DNA of 64,000 bases, from assembly GCA_043228905.1 (NCBI GenBank), contig JBHGNT010000002.1, forward strand, positions 17,050,001 through 17,114,000, given 5' to 3'. The notes under the pieces were generated by a model. It was not told the DNA's origin. It saw only the letters and a list, made by a program, of their open reading frames with translations, and ran no database searches. The position numbers and the translations under genes are program-made. This DNA is from Azolla caroliniana (lineage: Eukaryota; Plantae; Polypodiophyta). Shown here piece after piece: positions 11,784 through 25,683 of the stretch. How positions within the stretch are numbered: the stretch's first letter is position 1; every line of letters begins with the position of its first letter.

Positions 11784-13873
11784 TTATGCTCCATTTGAAT
11801 GAGCAATTCTTCTCCGGACAACAAACTTCTTGCATAGCTCCGGCGGAGGATTCAACTGGAAGCAAACTGTAATAACGGTCAAGTTGTCCGATGAATTCCT
11901 ATATAAAGCCTCGTTAACTAGTGCACGTGAACACTGCATGGGATCGTTGTGCCTTTGAAGCTCTCGGCGTGCAAACCTAATAGCATCCTCATTCTCAAAA
12001 ACATCCCATAAGCCATCACACCCAATTATCATGAATTCATCATCTTCAGTTAAGAGGACCCTTCTCACTTCTGGCTCCGCACTAAGAGGGCAATTGGGCC
12101 CTTTCAAACCCTCCATATGCCAATTCCCAAAAGCTCTTGCCACACTCAGATACCCATTCAGGTATCCGTCATCTACATAACCTCCTAACTCTTCAATTCG
12201 GATCTTCTCCTCTAGTATGTCAGGCTTATGATCTCTTGACATTTCAATAGCCTTAGCTTTTCTGCATAGAAGAGCTCTACAATCTCCAGCATTTGCAACA
12301 ATTACCTCCCTGATCAATAACCATTAAAGGTTTGTTAATGCAATTAATATAAATCACCATGCAATACAAAGATAAAGAAAGAAATCAAAATCACGTATTT
12401 ATTATGGTTCATACAGTTTTCAGTTCTAGAGGAAAATCTAACCTTCCGAGAACTAGAACGGTTATTGCTGTGGTCCCTGATGCGAGATCCTGGTTCACGG
12501 AACAGGCTTCAGCGAAAGCTGCATCAGTTTGTAGAAAAGCATGATGTATGGCTTCCTCAATAGCATAAGGGAAAGCCACATCTTCCACAATATATTTAAG
12601 AAGCTTGTCCTTAACAAATAGAGCTGCATTCCTTCCATCATGTCCATCAAAAACCTAGAAGCATAAATAAGATATATGAGATGATTTCCTGTATACATGA
12701 TTGAGATGAGTTAATTTCATCAACTTCAAATGGTTCAAGATGAGGTGATTTCAAAATCTACACATGATCCCATCTAACACGTGATCCTGAGAAGAGAGGA
12801 TTATATCATCTAAAACACGATCTGAGATCATAACAGTTCCATCATTAAATACATGATTTGAGAGATAACGATTCCCTCTATACATGTTTTAAGATGATAT
12901 GATCTCTTCAATACATGAGTCAAGATAAGATATTTTCCTTGATATGCTGAAGATCTCCTCTATGCACTATTCGAGATAAGATGATCACCTTTATAGACTA
13001 TTAAGATGAGATGACCCCATCTATATGTGATATTCATGCTAAAAATGATCAAACTTATGAAAACATTGGCTAGCTAATAAGTATCATGTGGACTTACCCC
13101 ATAGAAGGAGCCAGAACCTTTCCACGAAAATAGTGATCCTAGATGAGAAATCAGGTCATCAATAACAATATGCTCATCTTCCATCGACTTTCTTGTACCT
13201 TGGTCCGTCCATGCTCCCGAACGGATAACTGGTTTCATCTCCACGAGACAGGAATTCTTTAGGAAAGCAAAAGATAAGAGATTAATTAGAGATCCACTAT
13301 AGAACCATTACAGCGAGAGTCATCATCATAGAAAGTCAGATTTTGAGAGACCCATTCTAAAGAGTTGTATCATAGGAGACCAACTTAAACCCATTGTAGA
13401 GAGATTCAATAGAGACCCACTATGTTGTAGAACCATTTCAGAGAAATTCATCATACCCCGCTATAGAGAAACTCATTAAGAACGAGTTTAGAGATACCCA
13501 TTACACAGAAGTTCATAATCTATACATAGATCAATTATAGAGGAGTTCATAAAAAATAGCCGTCATAGAGAGATCATTATATTGAGAAATTCAATAAAGA
13601 TACACTACAGGGACTCATTATAGAAGGTTATATAAAGAACCATTTATATAAAAATAGCCGTCATGGACCCAGCCAGATTCAGTATTTGATCCCATTATAG
13701 AGAGATTCATTATAGAATGATCCATTATAAAGGGTGAAGGATTAGCGCAAACAGAACAAACACAGAGGAAAATGCGTAAAGAAATCGGAAGACAGAGACG
13801 AGATGAAAACCTCAACAGAATTCTTTTGTTGGTTTCTTGAGTTGGAATCGCCATCCACTGTGCCTGCTGCCAT
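11784..13873 (-). CDS. PP2C: Protein phosphatase 2C (clade G-like), exons 13873-13811, 13256-13098, 12654-12443, 12309-11784; ~319 aa
   Basis: All introns GT-AG and phase-compatible; motifs RKSMEDEH, FYGVFDGH, SGTTA, VANAGDCRA, SRDHKP, LSVARAFG, GCDGLWDV, SSDNLTVI. Confidence 0.9.
12670..13030. repeat. Degenerate ~38-bp minisatellite filling PP2C intron 2
   Basis: Repeated GAGATRAGATGAT..CCT.TATACATGAT-like units. Confidence 0.65.
13290..13730. repeat. Degenerate short-period minisatellite filling PP2C intron 1
   Basis: Repeated CCCATTATAGAGAGATTCAT-like units. Confidence 0.65.
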
Positions 13874-14077
13874 TTGTTTTTTTTTTTCAGAGTCAGAGAA
13901 TAGAGAGAGAAAATCTGTAGAAAGAAAGAGCAGAAGAAGCCCTAAAAGATATATCTCTATATTTGTTTCTTAAATTCCTGTCTGTTACGATCGACGAATG
14001 GGCTGTGAGAGAACCCTAATTCTAAGTGTGCAGAGAGGAGGAAGAGCCTGCTTCAAAGGAAGGATGGAATAGTTTTA

Positions 14078-14426
14078 GGAATCTGTGGAGTTAATTGTTT
14101 CTCCCGACACAGAGACAGAGAAAGTGAAAGAAAAGAGAATATACGAGGGAAGAAAAATAGCGAGAAGGGGGCTTCGAATGTCGGTTGCAGGCCAAGGGCA
14201 TTTGGGGAAATACATATAAATCACACAAAGAGACACACACATAGAGAGAGAGAGAGAGAGAGAGAGAGGAGGGGTATTCATCATAATTTACAAATATTTA
14301 TTCTCTTGTTGTTCGGCTTCTCATATTATCGAAAAAGAGAATCTTTGTAGTTAATTGTTTCTCCTACACGGAAGAAAGAATTCGAATGTCGGTTGTAGGC
14401 CAAGGGCATTTGGGGAAATACATGAA

Positions 14427-14490
<64 letters not shown>

Positions 14491-14770
14491 TTAACGTCTT
14501 CTAAGGCCAAAATTGGCCCATGAGACAAATGGTTTACAACAAAAAATGGGATATTTACCCATTCATCGAAAGTAAATATTCATCATAAATATTCATTCTC
14601 TTTTTGTTCGGCTTCTCATATTATCGAAAAAGAAAATCTGTGTAGTTAATTGTTTCTCTTGACACACAGAGAATGAAAAGAGAGAATGTATGAGAGAGAG
14701 AATAGGAAAGCAAGCAAAGGGATTTCAATGCCAGTTGGAGGTCAAAGGGCATCTGGGGAAATACATGAAA
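14078..14770. repeat. Three diverged ~260-300 bp copies upstream of PP2C, with (GA)n microsatellites (longest ~14430-14487)
   Basis: AGTTAATTGTTTCTC...GGGCAT(T/C)TGGGGAAATACAT at ~14090, ~14350, ~14645. Confidence 0.8.
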
Positions 14771-15429
14771 CTGCATAAGATGGAATTCCAAAACGCAGCT
14801 CAAACTTTCACACCAATTTCGAGACTCCTCTTTTTTTTATATTGGTTTTCCTTTTGGTTCCAACCTCCTTTGCTTCGATAAACAATTTTTCGCTCTTCCT
14901 AGAGTCACCTTACATCACATCGACTATCTTTTGAGTTCTGGTATTAACTAGAGCTTTCGTTCTTTCCTCATCATCCGTGCTTGCATCATTGTTGGTATCC
15001 CAATGATCTAGAAAGATCCCGAACATTCTTTGACCCGTTGACTTTCTAGAATGTTCAAAATCTTCTTACTCAACCACCTTACTCTTGGCTTGCATGAGCA
15101 ACGAGGCTCATGTGAATAATCCCTCGCTAGTCTGATTGTTGACATGTACATAATTGCATATCATCAATTTCCAAGTCATAAAATGATGATCGCGTAAGAT
15201 CATCTAGATGCTCCATGTTCAATTTGTTTCGTTTATCGTTAATTTCATTTTTTGCTCAAAGACCCCTCTCACACAAGCAACAATATTTTCTATATCGTAT
15301 AGCCCTAATAGTTTCCCATTATCTCATCAAATTAGGGAAATTATCATGCAAATCCTTCATTTTGCAAAACATACAACTTCATGCAAGGTATAACATTCAC
15401 AATTCAAATGCAACATATTAATAAAGCCA

Positions 15430-16630
15430 TAACGCCAAAGAGATACACTCAACAAGCATTTGCACCATGACTTGTTGAGAGCAAACATTGACTTCAATAA
15501 TCAATCATGAGTATGAAATTAGAATTTCCAACCATGTTTTTGCATTGGAATCCTTCACAACATTGTTGGGGACATAATGGCATGGACTAAATATTCACCA
15601 CATCAAAGATAATAAGTCTTGATCTATGCATTGAGTTCATCTACTATCTTTTGAAGATGATGTTGAAACAATTGAATACAACTTTTTAGGATCCTTTTAC
15701 ATGAGGAATCATTCCCTTTGGTTTGGCATAATTTTGATTAGTCTTTTCCATAGGAATTTTCTCCACGTATGTATAATGCCATCCTTTTCCTCTATTCCTA
15801 AATATCCAACTTGTGCACATTTCCAATACTCAAATACATTGTTGCCTTAGCAAATGTTATCATTTATCAATAACACCTCTAAATTTTGGAAATAGATAGA
15901 TCAAATTTAGCTCCAATAGAAGTTAGCTTTGTATTTTCCTTTTGAAGTTTTAAACTCAAGATATTCACCACATGCAACAGATATTCTATTATGGAAAAGC
16001 AAAATTGTACAATATATATACAAGTTTTATTGTACCATTATGTAAGATTCTCTTTCCTCCAAATAATTATTAGGGCCTGCACTATACTCACCACTCTTTC
16101 CATCACTTACCATGTGCCACACTGCCAAGTTCCAACAATGGAACATTGTCCATGGTCTATGAGCAACCAATTGCATTAACTCCAAGAGGTACATAATTTC
16201 AAATTCCTTTTTGAAGAGTTGTAAACCCATGAAAAAACTTTATTTGCTACCTTTTCAACAACCATGAGTTCACGAAGAACTAATGCCTCTCGATGAGCTA
16301 TGCAATGCCCATTGAACAAATTAGGAATATTATAGCTCTAATATCACTACCAATGTTTGAAGATGTTTAGTCAATGGATAATCAAACCAATCTCCTAGAA
16401 TCGAGGTATCAATGATTTAATAGTTGTTTGATATGTTCATATACACTTCTACTTTACCATTTGGAAACTTTAACAAATCCACAAAAATTGGTTTGTTGAG
16501 TGCCTCCATGTTGCAAGTATATAGCATACATAATGAGGTCTAGCTATGATCCATTATTAATGCTCTCATCTAGGATCAAAGAGCAATATGGTGAACTCAA
16601 AACCATTTCTACAACATGTTTCCTATGTTC
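15430..16630 (-). pseudogene. Decayed hAT-superfamily (ZNF862/ZMYM-like) transposase remnant
   Basis: Minus-strand translation gives YCSLILDES (~16588-16562, first catalytic D region) and GHCIAHREAL (~16310-16281, CxxH motif); many stops; ends uncertain. Confidence 0.65.
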
Positions 16631-16839
16631 GGTTCTTGTTTTGAATAACAAAAAACTACCCCACTTTAGGGTTAATGAGAAGGTTTATAGACAAGGGGGA
16701 GAAAACCTCCTAAAGAGGGAAAAAAAGTTTGTTCACACACATCACTATCCTAAGTGTGTTCACACACCACTTGTTGGAGTATGGTCGTCTTAGATAAAAG
16801 GACGATATAATAATCTAGTCTAGATCAGTAATACACATT

Positions 16840-17590
16840 GTGTACGTGATGCAAGAAGAAGATAGATATCAATGGAAGCTTGACAAAGAACAAAGAGAGA
16901 GAAAAAGAACCCAAGAAGCACAAATACAAGAATTGTATATTATTCAAATGGCAACAATAACATCCTCTTACAAAGTGGTTACAAAATTGGTTATATACTA
17001 ACCAAACTAGGGCAACGTGCCCTTTATGCTATTTACAAGAATAGCCTAACCTAGTTTGTCCAATGGGGTAATATGAATACATCCATTATATTGCCGTATT
17101 CAACACTCCTCGTAATGGGCGTATTACAAAACAAATCGGTAAAAGAATAAACTAAAATTATAAATATAACAAAGAGATGGTGATATGTTGTCGGTCGAAG
17201 TTTGCACTCCCGTGCTGCTCCCGAATCGACCAAGACGAAAGTCACCTCTATGCCCGATTCGACCAGGCCGAATTCATCGTTGTGCTCGAATTGACTGGAC
17301 CAAAAACGTCAATGCCCAGTTGATGCTAAAGTGAGCGAAACCGGTCGGCCGAAAGACATTTGGTCATCCCATCTACAACATTGTCAATTGTAAAGATCTT
17401 CTCCAAGCTAAGCTTACCTTTAATTACATAGACCTGAACAAAGTGATATCAAACTTCAATATGTTTCGAGTGTTATGGTGTATTGGATTCTTCGACAATG
17501 TAACAACCCCCGAACTATCGTTGAAGACAACTGGAGCCGAATTTGGATTCACTTGCCGAAACATGTAGGCCAATCGACCGAGCCATATTT
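16840..17590 (-). mobile_element. Copia 3' fragment (RNase H C-terminus, PPT, probable 3' LTR starting at 17105)
   Basis: SKNPIHH.TKHIEV-type RNase H tail; purine run GAGGAG directly followed by TGTTG at 17105. Confidence 0.55.
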
Positions 17591-17599
17591 TGAATACAA

Positions 17600-20500
17600 T
17601 TTTTGTGTGTTCTACTCTCTGTGTGTGTTTCAAGCTTTCCATTAAACCTACATATATTTTTCTATTGCTATTCGACAGAGCCGGTTGTGTCTATATGCTC
17701 TGCATGTTAACTTTTACATGGTATCAGAGCGAGAGGGTTGAGAATCCTCAGCTGCCGACAGAAAGAGCTTAGAAAGACCAAGACCTAGCTTGTGATAAAG
17801 AACAAAAATAAAGAAGGAAAGAATGGGCAGAAGCATGGCAAGCTCGCTTCCTATAGAAAAGCTTGACCAGAGCAACTACACATCTTCGTCGTAAAAGATG
17901 CACCAGTACTTGTTGGGACACGACTACTAGAGTTATGTAGAAGGAGCAAATGAAGTAGCGCCAGAACTGGCACACAAGGACTTCTCGATATGGGAACAAG
18001 GAGCGAGTAGAGTGTTGTACTGCCTCGTGTATTGTGTGCACGACAAGACGCTAGGCTATATCAGAGACGCAAAAACACCGACGGAAGCCTGGGAAAGTCT
18101 AGAAAGGATTTTTGTCGCCAATACCACGGCCATGAAGTTGCGGCTCCGGCAAGATCTCAACAACATCCGGCAAAGGGACATGCCAGTCACCTACTATACC
18201 ACCAAGATCAAGGAGATCTACCACGCACTAGGGTCCATCAACGTGATAGTGGATGAAGATGAGATGGTGCAGATCTGCGTCAGTGGTCTAGTGTAGAGGT
18301 AAGGGCCAATCCGAATGGCGATATGCACCCGGGAGAAGCCACCGTCCTTTTTCGACTTGCAATCGATGCTAATGGTCGAAGAAAACCATGCGAGTGGGTC
18401 GAGGACCACTCAATCGGACAACTGGATGCTATATACAGAGGTGGATCAGCCCCGTGGGTGTCACGGACGAGGTGGATCGGCATGCAACAGAGATGGGCAA
18501 CAAGAGCAGGAAAGAAGGCACAAAAGTGGTGCTGAGAGCAGTTCTGGACCCTTCACAAGCAGGGGGGTCAACGTGGCGCCGGAAATCGGCAATCAAAGAA
18601 TGAAATAGAATGCTGGTATTGTGGCAAGAAAGGACACCAAGGGAGCGAGTGCTGGAAGAAGCGAGCTGATTCGGACAAATCCGAATCCGGCAAAGCCGAA
18701 CACGGAAGTCGGCAGAGATTGCATTATGCTGAAGGGTCGGAAGGACCCAAACCCGGAAAAGGGCCAACCTTCGTGATGAAGCACAAGGCAAACTTGATGA
18801 AGAAGACCACGATACGTTGACTCTGGAGCATCAAATCATATGATGAGCCATGAGGAATGGTTCTTGTATCTAGAGAAATCGGAGCAACCGGGAGTGGTCG
18901 AAACCGGAGACGACACTTCGCACCTGATCGAACATGTCAGAGGAGTCCCCCTCAGTTATGTTGGACAAAAGAGGAAAATCGCCTGACTAGGGAATGCAAG
19001 TTCAATTCACCCACCTCGGGTGCTTCATTGAGGAAGAGGGCCAGATTATTGTGCAAGGGCGCCGGGATGGGAGGATGTTCATCCTCCACACCAATGATGT
19101 TGACACCGCTTTGTTTGCAAAAGGACAAAAAGTCGAGTTGGATATCAACTTATGCCACAAGCGGACCGACCATGGTAATTAGCGGATCGGCCACGTCAAT
19201 TACCAGAGGCTTCAAGAACCGCAATTGAAACAGATGGTATTTAGATTGCCGAAATTTAGTGGCCAGAAGGCCCAAATTTGTGAAGCCTGCTAGCTTGGGA
19301 AGCAACACCAACTTCCATTCCCCAACGAGTGAAACAGGAGCCGGAACAAGCTTGACTTGATACACTTGGATGTTTGGGGACTGACACAAAATGTGAATCT
19401 TGGGGGGAGTCGATACTTTGTCTCCTTCACCGACGACTACAACTGACACACGTGGATCTACCTCATCGAGAAGAAAAGCGAAGTCTTCGATTGTTTCTGA
19501 AACTTGAAAAGCCCTATCGAAAGGGAAATAGAGAGGAAGATAAAGTGTCTACTGTTGGATGGCAGAAAAGAATACTTTTCCGGCCAATTCAACTATTATT
19601 TGCAGTAGATGGGAATTCATAGAGAATTTGGCTGTAGATATACGCCGGAGCAAAATGGCGTAGCCGAGCGGAAGAACTGGTCAATTGTGGAAGCGGCACA
19701 GGCGATGCTAAAGGAGAAGAGCATGCCCAAGTTCTACTGGGCCAAAGCGGTCCAAACCGCGGTCTACATTCAAAATCGGATTGGGGAAAAGGTGTTAGCA
19801 CATGAACTGTATATCGGGTGGAAGCCAAACTTAAGACACCTCAGGGTATTTGGTAGCATAGCCTATGTGCATGTACCGAATGAGAAGCAGAGACAGCTGG
19901 ACCCGAAGTCGGAGAAGTGCATATTGGCTCACATGAACAGAAGGGGTATAAGTGTTATAACCCCCAGACCAAAGAAGTCCGCCTAAGCCGCAATGTCGAA
20001 TTCGACGAGTCGAGATCATGGTACTCCCTACTAACTCCGACTACAACATCTGACAACTCCAACCACCCGATCACTAAGGATGAGGTCAGTAAACTCGACA
20101 TGATTTGGGAAGAAGAAGAAGAAGGAGATATTAGTACTCTCGAGGAGAGTCTGATTTCATCCCGGTTGAGTGGGCCGAATGAAAGACCGAGTCAAAACGA
20201 CTAGTCTTATGAAGAGTCGACGAGTAGCGAAAACTCGGCCGTGCAATCCCCGCGCAAGGAACCGAGGAGACGGTTCACGCGAGAGGAAAAAGGGAAGAAG
20301 AAGATGTTGGAATACGGCATAGACAAGGAAGAGTCGGACTAGAACAAATCTGACATTCGAAAGCATGAAGACGGACCTTCGAAAACGAAGGCTGAGTCGG
20401 CCAAGAGGGCCTTAAAATCGGCGAATTAGAAGTTATGCCAATATACCCACTAGAAGAACCCCGTGATACAGTACTGGTATAATGAATACATGGTGCACCA

Positions 20501-21083
20501 TTATGCATACATGACAAAGGTGGCAGAAGTGCGTGAGTTAGAGAGCTACGCATATGTGGCAAAAGTCGCGAATTGGTGTGCCGCTATGGAGGAAGAAATG
20601 CGGGCACTCGATGCCAACGCCACATGGGGCCTGGTTGACCCTCCCTGTCACTACAAACCGATCAGCTCCAAATGGGTATACAAGGTAAAGTATAATGCCG
20701 ACGGTTTGGTCAACCGGTACAAGGCACGGTTGGTGGCCAAGGGATATGCGCAGACCCACATAATTGAATACAACAAGACCTTCACACCAGTAGCAAAGAT
20801 GATGACGATTCGTGTGTTTCTGGTAGTCGCAACGACGAGGGGGTGGCATCTCCACCAAATGGATGTGAAGAATGTGTTTCTTCAAGGAGATCTTGAAGGA
20901 CAAGTATATATGACCCAGCCCCCCAGATTTCAGTCAGAGATGAACAGGTCGCCGGTGTGCTGACTCAAGAAGTCACTTTACGACCTGAAGCAAGCCCCCT
21001 GTGCTTGGAACTTGAAGATCACGGAACAGTTGCATAAGATGGGGTTTGTGGAGTCCAAGTCCGACTCTTCATTGTTCATCCGG
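17600..21083 (+). mobile_element. Degenerate Ty1/copia element (LTR remnant, PBS 17719-17730, gag, PR, IN, RT cut off by a gypsy insertion)
   Basis: CA-TGGTATCAGAGC; DSGASNHM; YTPEQNGVAERKN; KWVYKVKY, RYKARLVAKGY, HQMDVKNVFLQG. Confidence 0.9.
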
Positions 21084-24000
21084 TGTCGTGAAGTAGGAAT
21101 GCTTCACATTAAAAGTTTACAATAAGATAAATACATAACTAAAATAAAAAGAATCTGAGAATTATAATGTAAAAACCATCACAAGAAAGAAAGAGGAAGA
21201 AAAGAAGGTGAAGATAATAAACAATCTTCAACATATAAGAGAAGATCTAGCTTGGCAGTTGTGGTGCTCAACTTGCAACGAAAGGGCGAAGGTTTGAATC
21301 ACATCCTCATGGAAAGATAGAAGGGAAGATTGTGGTCTACTATCAAGAAAGAGAAAAGTGGTTACTTGGTGAGACAAAGTTCGAAGGGCTCGCAACCATT
21401 TTCTAACTCTTTCATGAAATAATTATAAATTTCTTATATTCCTTCAAATATCATTCTACATCCTATGTTGTCATATCTTATTGATCTCTATTTACTCCAA
21501 CTCTACTCTTTTCGTCTCTTCCGTCCAAAATCCCAGTGATTCCTTCCTACTTTCACATTATCTTCTGTCTTAGCAACTCTACGCTTTTGGATGAGCCACG
21601 CCACGCCACGACACAATTTGGTGAACCCGAAGTGAAATGGGGAAGTATAAGAGACAATTGAAAGTGAAGAGAAGTCAACATGGCAAGTACAACCACAATG
21701 GATCCGGTAAGGTTGTTTATTGAAGAATTGAATCAAGATCAATTATTTCATGCCTTATGAAAAGACCGAGTGAAGATTGGTTTGTTTGATGGCACAAATA
21801 TTTCAAAGTATGTGAATATATATTATGATGAAATGGAAATGTTTGGTGTAAATGATGTCAATGCGATAGCAAACTTTTATAAATTAGTGAACACGGAATT
21901 AAGAGATAGAATTCGTGAAATACAAACATTGCATAGTTTGAATTGGAATGCATTCAAAGATGCACTTGTGTCTGAATATGCTCATGAAGATTTCTCTCGA
22001 GTTACTATGCGTTCATTCCATGAATGGGTCTTAAAAGAAGATAAAGGATTATCTATGGCTAACACAAAAAAGGAATTTGATAGATTGTATGGACACTTAA
22101 AGCCAAAAGAAAGAAATTGTTTGGCTTGGCAAAAGGTTGGTTTATTTTTGCAGGCAGTTGACAAGAGATCTAGAAAAGAGTTGGAAGTTATGCTTGAGGT
22201 ACCAAATACCAAAGATGGTATAACTGCAGATTGGAATGAGGTAACAAATGCTTGTAATAAATTTATGAAAAGAATGCAAAGGAATGGTGCAATGCTACAA
22301 ATACCACATGTGGGAATCACGAATCGGCTCGAGCAAAACAATAAAGTTCAAAGACTTGGTCGAGAACCATCACATGAAATGGTGCATCAACCACGAGAAA
22401 TGGCCAGAACTAAGAGTGAGTCTTTGCTTGAGGATTTAGTTCAAAGCATGAAAGATTTAAGAATTAAAGTGGCCAAGTGCTTCAAGGTCAAGGGAACCAT
22501 TTTGGCCTCGATGCATGTGGTGCAATAGTCTTGAACATCGATTACGTGATTGTGAAGAATATAAAGACATGGAAAATCGAGACTGGGTCTATTGGAAAAA
22601 TGGTGTCAAGGTTAAGTTTGAAGAAGCTGAAGCAAAGAAAGCTTCCGCAATGTACTACTCGGCAATGACAGGAATTCGTCTCGATGACATGCCATGTTGA
22701 TCATCATTCTGGGAGAAGGTTGTAAGTTCCACACAAAAGCAAAAGCTGAAGATGGAAGACCTTCATGTTGCTAGAGATTCTGTAATGAAAAACACTAGAT
22801 GGGATGGTTCGGTAGTTGCTATGACAATCTATGCACAGATGGCTGGATGATGAGATTGTCTTGACAAAAAAGCATGAAACAAGAGAAAGCAAAAGAAAAG
22901 AGATGGACGCAAAAGTTGAAAAAGGAAAATTTGGTCCTTATGTCTGATATTGAAAAGGATACAGATTTAAATAAAATTTTAGAAACAAGAATACTAGACA
23001 ATTGAGTAGAATTTACACTAAGAGAAGTGTTAGGTATTGCAAAAAAGGAATTTCATGATGAAATAATTGATATTGTGCGAAGAAAGAAGCAAGTTAATGA
23101 GTAGGTTAAAGAGACAAATCCGAAGTTGGCATATGAAGTGGTGAGTAACAAGTTAAACAATATCATTGTTGACTATCAATATGCATCAACCTCAATTATA
23201 AGTTCAACAGATGCAAGAATCCACTACTCTCACAAATGTTGGGCAAGAGCCACTACTGAGCATATGTGAAGATTGAAAATGTTTCAGACCCGGTGATGAC
23301 ACTTATTGATCGTGGTTCTGAAATAAATATAATGAGAGTTGATTTTTACAGGAAAGTTAGATGGCCAATTGATACTCAGCATGGTTGGTGAGTAAAAGCA
23401 GCCACATCAGTCATCGAAGATTTATTTGGTGCATGCCTAAATGTAAAGGTTATTATTGGTGATATAGAGGTAGATCAACATTTCTTTGTGTAGGAATGAT
23501 CTACCTATCCAATAATCTTGGGGCAACCATACATCACAACAGTACGAATGGAGACCAAAGTCCTCAACAATGGTTTTGCCTATGCGAAAATCCGTAGCCA
23601 AGATGGACGACGAACTATATAGTTTATGAGAGTTTGCCCAAATCATGAGAGGAACAAGCAAGAGCTTCGCGATCAATCATTACCAAAAGAGTCTCATGAT
23701 TTTAATAATTAGGTTTTTTACTAGGACTGTTGCAAATGAGGGTTGCAATAGTCCCATTATTAAAAGACCCTCATGTAGGGCATTACAACATATGAATAAG
23801 TCATTTCATGTTTTTGAAAGTGGGGCTATATGTGTGACTAGGATGTATGAATGCAAGAGGAACTTGAAAAAGAATGCTAATTTGTTTCAACAAGCATTAG
23901 AGGATAATGGAGTACTTGAAATGGAGGAATAGATTGAAAGTGTTATGGAAGAAATTTCTTTTGCAAATACTATAGAAGAGGTAGAAATGTATTTGAAAGA

Positions 24001-25683
24001 AGATGATGAGAGTGTTATAAAGGTACATGTAAATTCAATTGATAGGTATAACTGTAAATATGAAGAAGTAGAAAGTTTATGTAATACAAAATACAAAACA
24101 ATAGATAAAAAGATCAACTTGCTGCAGTACCATTACCTATTGGTAGTGAAGAGAAGATGGAGGCAACATCAACTGAGCCTATGCTTTGGCCAATAGAGAA
24201 GATCAGACATCACTTCACTTTGGAGACAATAAATAACTTGAGAATCGGAGGGGGTGAATTTCTTCTACAATCAGAGATCTCGACTTTCAAAGAAATGATC
24301 ATTAGGCATGGGAAAGCGTGCACATTCAAAGCTGAGGAGATTGGTTGTGTAGATCCAAAGGTGGTGATGCCAACAGTAATATTTACTATCTGTCATATTC
24401 CTTGGAATTTTAAACCTATTGTAGTATCGAGAGCTCGATTGCCTCAATTGTTGGAGCTACTGAAGAATAAAGTCAAGATGAAGATTTTAGAGCCGTCCAA
24501 TGCATCATACTCCAATCGATGGTTCATAGTTCCAAAGAAAGATGGTTCTCTAAGATTCATTCAAGATCTACAACTAGACAACAAAGTCACAATCCAAAAT
24601 ACAGGAATTGGACCGATCGTTGATGAATTTGCAAAAGCTTTTGATGGGAGAGTGATTTACTCTATGGGAGACCAATATTTGGGATACAACCAATTTCAAC
24701 TAGCAATTGATAGTCGCAATATTACAACAATGAAAACACCAATTGGGTTGGTTCAAATGTGCACTGTACCTCAAGGTGCGACAAATTCAATTGCTCATAT
24801 GATGAATGCAATGGACAAAGTTCTACATGAGTACATCCCAAAGGTAACTATGCCATTTTTAGATGATATTCCTATTAAGGGATGCTTAGAAAGAGAGAAA
24901 GATGAGACTATGGTTGGAAATGGTTGCAGAAAGTTTGTGATGGATCACATTAATGATTTTGAAAGTATTTTAAATAATCTTGAGCAGGTACATTTGACAC
25001 TATCAGGAAGAAAGTCAAGCTTTGGACAGAATGAAGTTCTGATAGTTGGTCATATGTGTGGGTGGTATGGGAGGAAGCCTTCACCGATCAAAATTAATGC
25101 AATACAAAATTTGAGGGATGTTTGTGAATCGGTAATAGAGGTGAGAAGATTTTTAGGTGCATGTGTGTTTTATCATATTTGGTTATCACACTTTGCACAT
25201 GTCTCAGATCCTCTCTACCAACTTTTAAGAAAAGGGAAGAAGTTTATTTGGACTGATGAACATACACAAGTTGTTCAAGAAGATGAAGAGAAACATCGAT
25301 ATGCTATCAGGTTTGGAGCAAATATATTGAATGAAAGACAAAGAAGTTATGGCAGCACAAGTTAAATGAGAATTGTGGGTTTGCTTACTACGTTAAAAAT
25401 AGATAGAGGTTACTTGATTGGAGCTAATGTAGTGGTTGATACAGATTGTTTGCCACTCATCAGAATGATAGCAAGTTGCACGACTCTAGATATTGCAATG
25501 CTTTGGTGGATTGCGTACATCAGAACCATGAATCCAGAATTATGACATATAAAGGGCAAAGAAAACCCAGTTGCAGATATGATGTCAAGAGCAAGGTTCA
25601 TAAATGAAAAGGTAATGCAAACTGAAGATGAGAACTGGGCAACTACAAGCCATCAAGTTGCTCATCGAGTATCGATTGAGCCT
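21084..25683 (+). mobile_element. Ty3/gypsy element, tRNA-Trp primed, 3'-truncated (5' LTR 21084-21613, PBS 21619-21636, gag from 21770, PR ~23300, RT 24157-25365, partial RNase H)
   Basis: LTR termini TGTCGTG...CACGACA; PBS TGGTGAACCCGAAGTGAA; protease LIDRGSEINIM; RT WFIVPKKDGSLRFIQDL, PQGATNS, PFLDDIPIKG. Confidence 0.9.

Noticed and set aside
11195-11872. + strand ORFs at the PP2C 3' end
   Set aside because: No domain similarity; overlap the probable 3' UTR; composition looks non-coding
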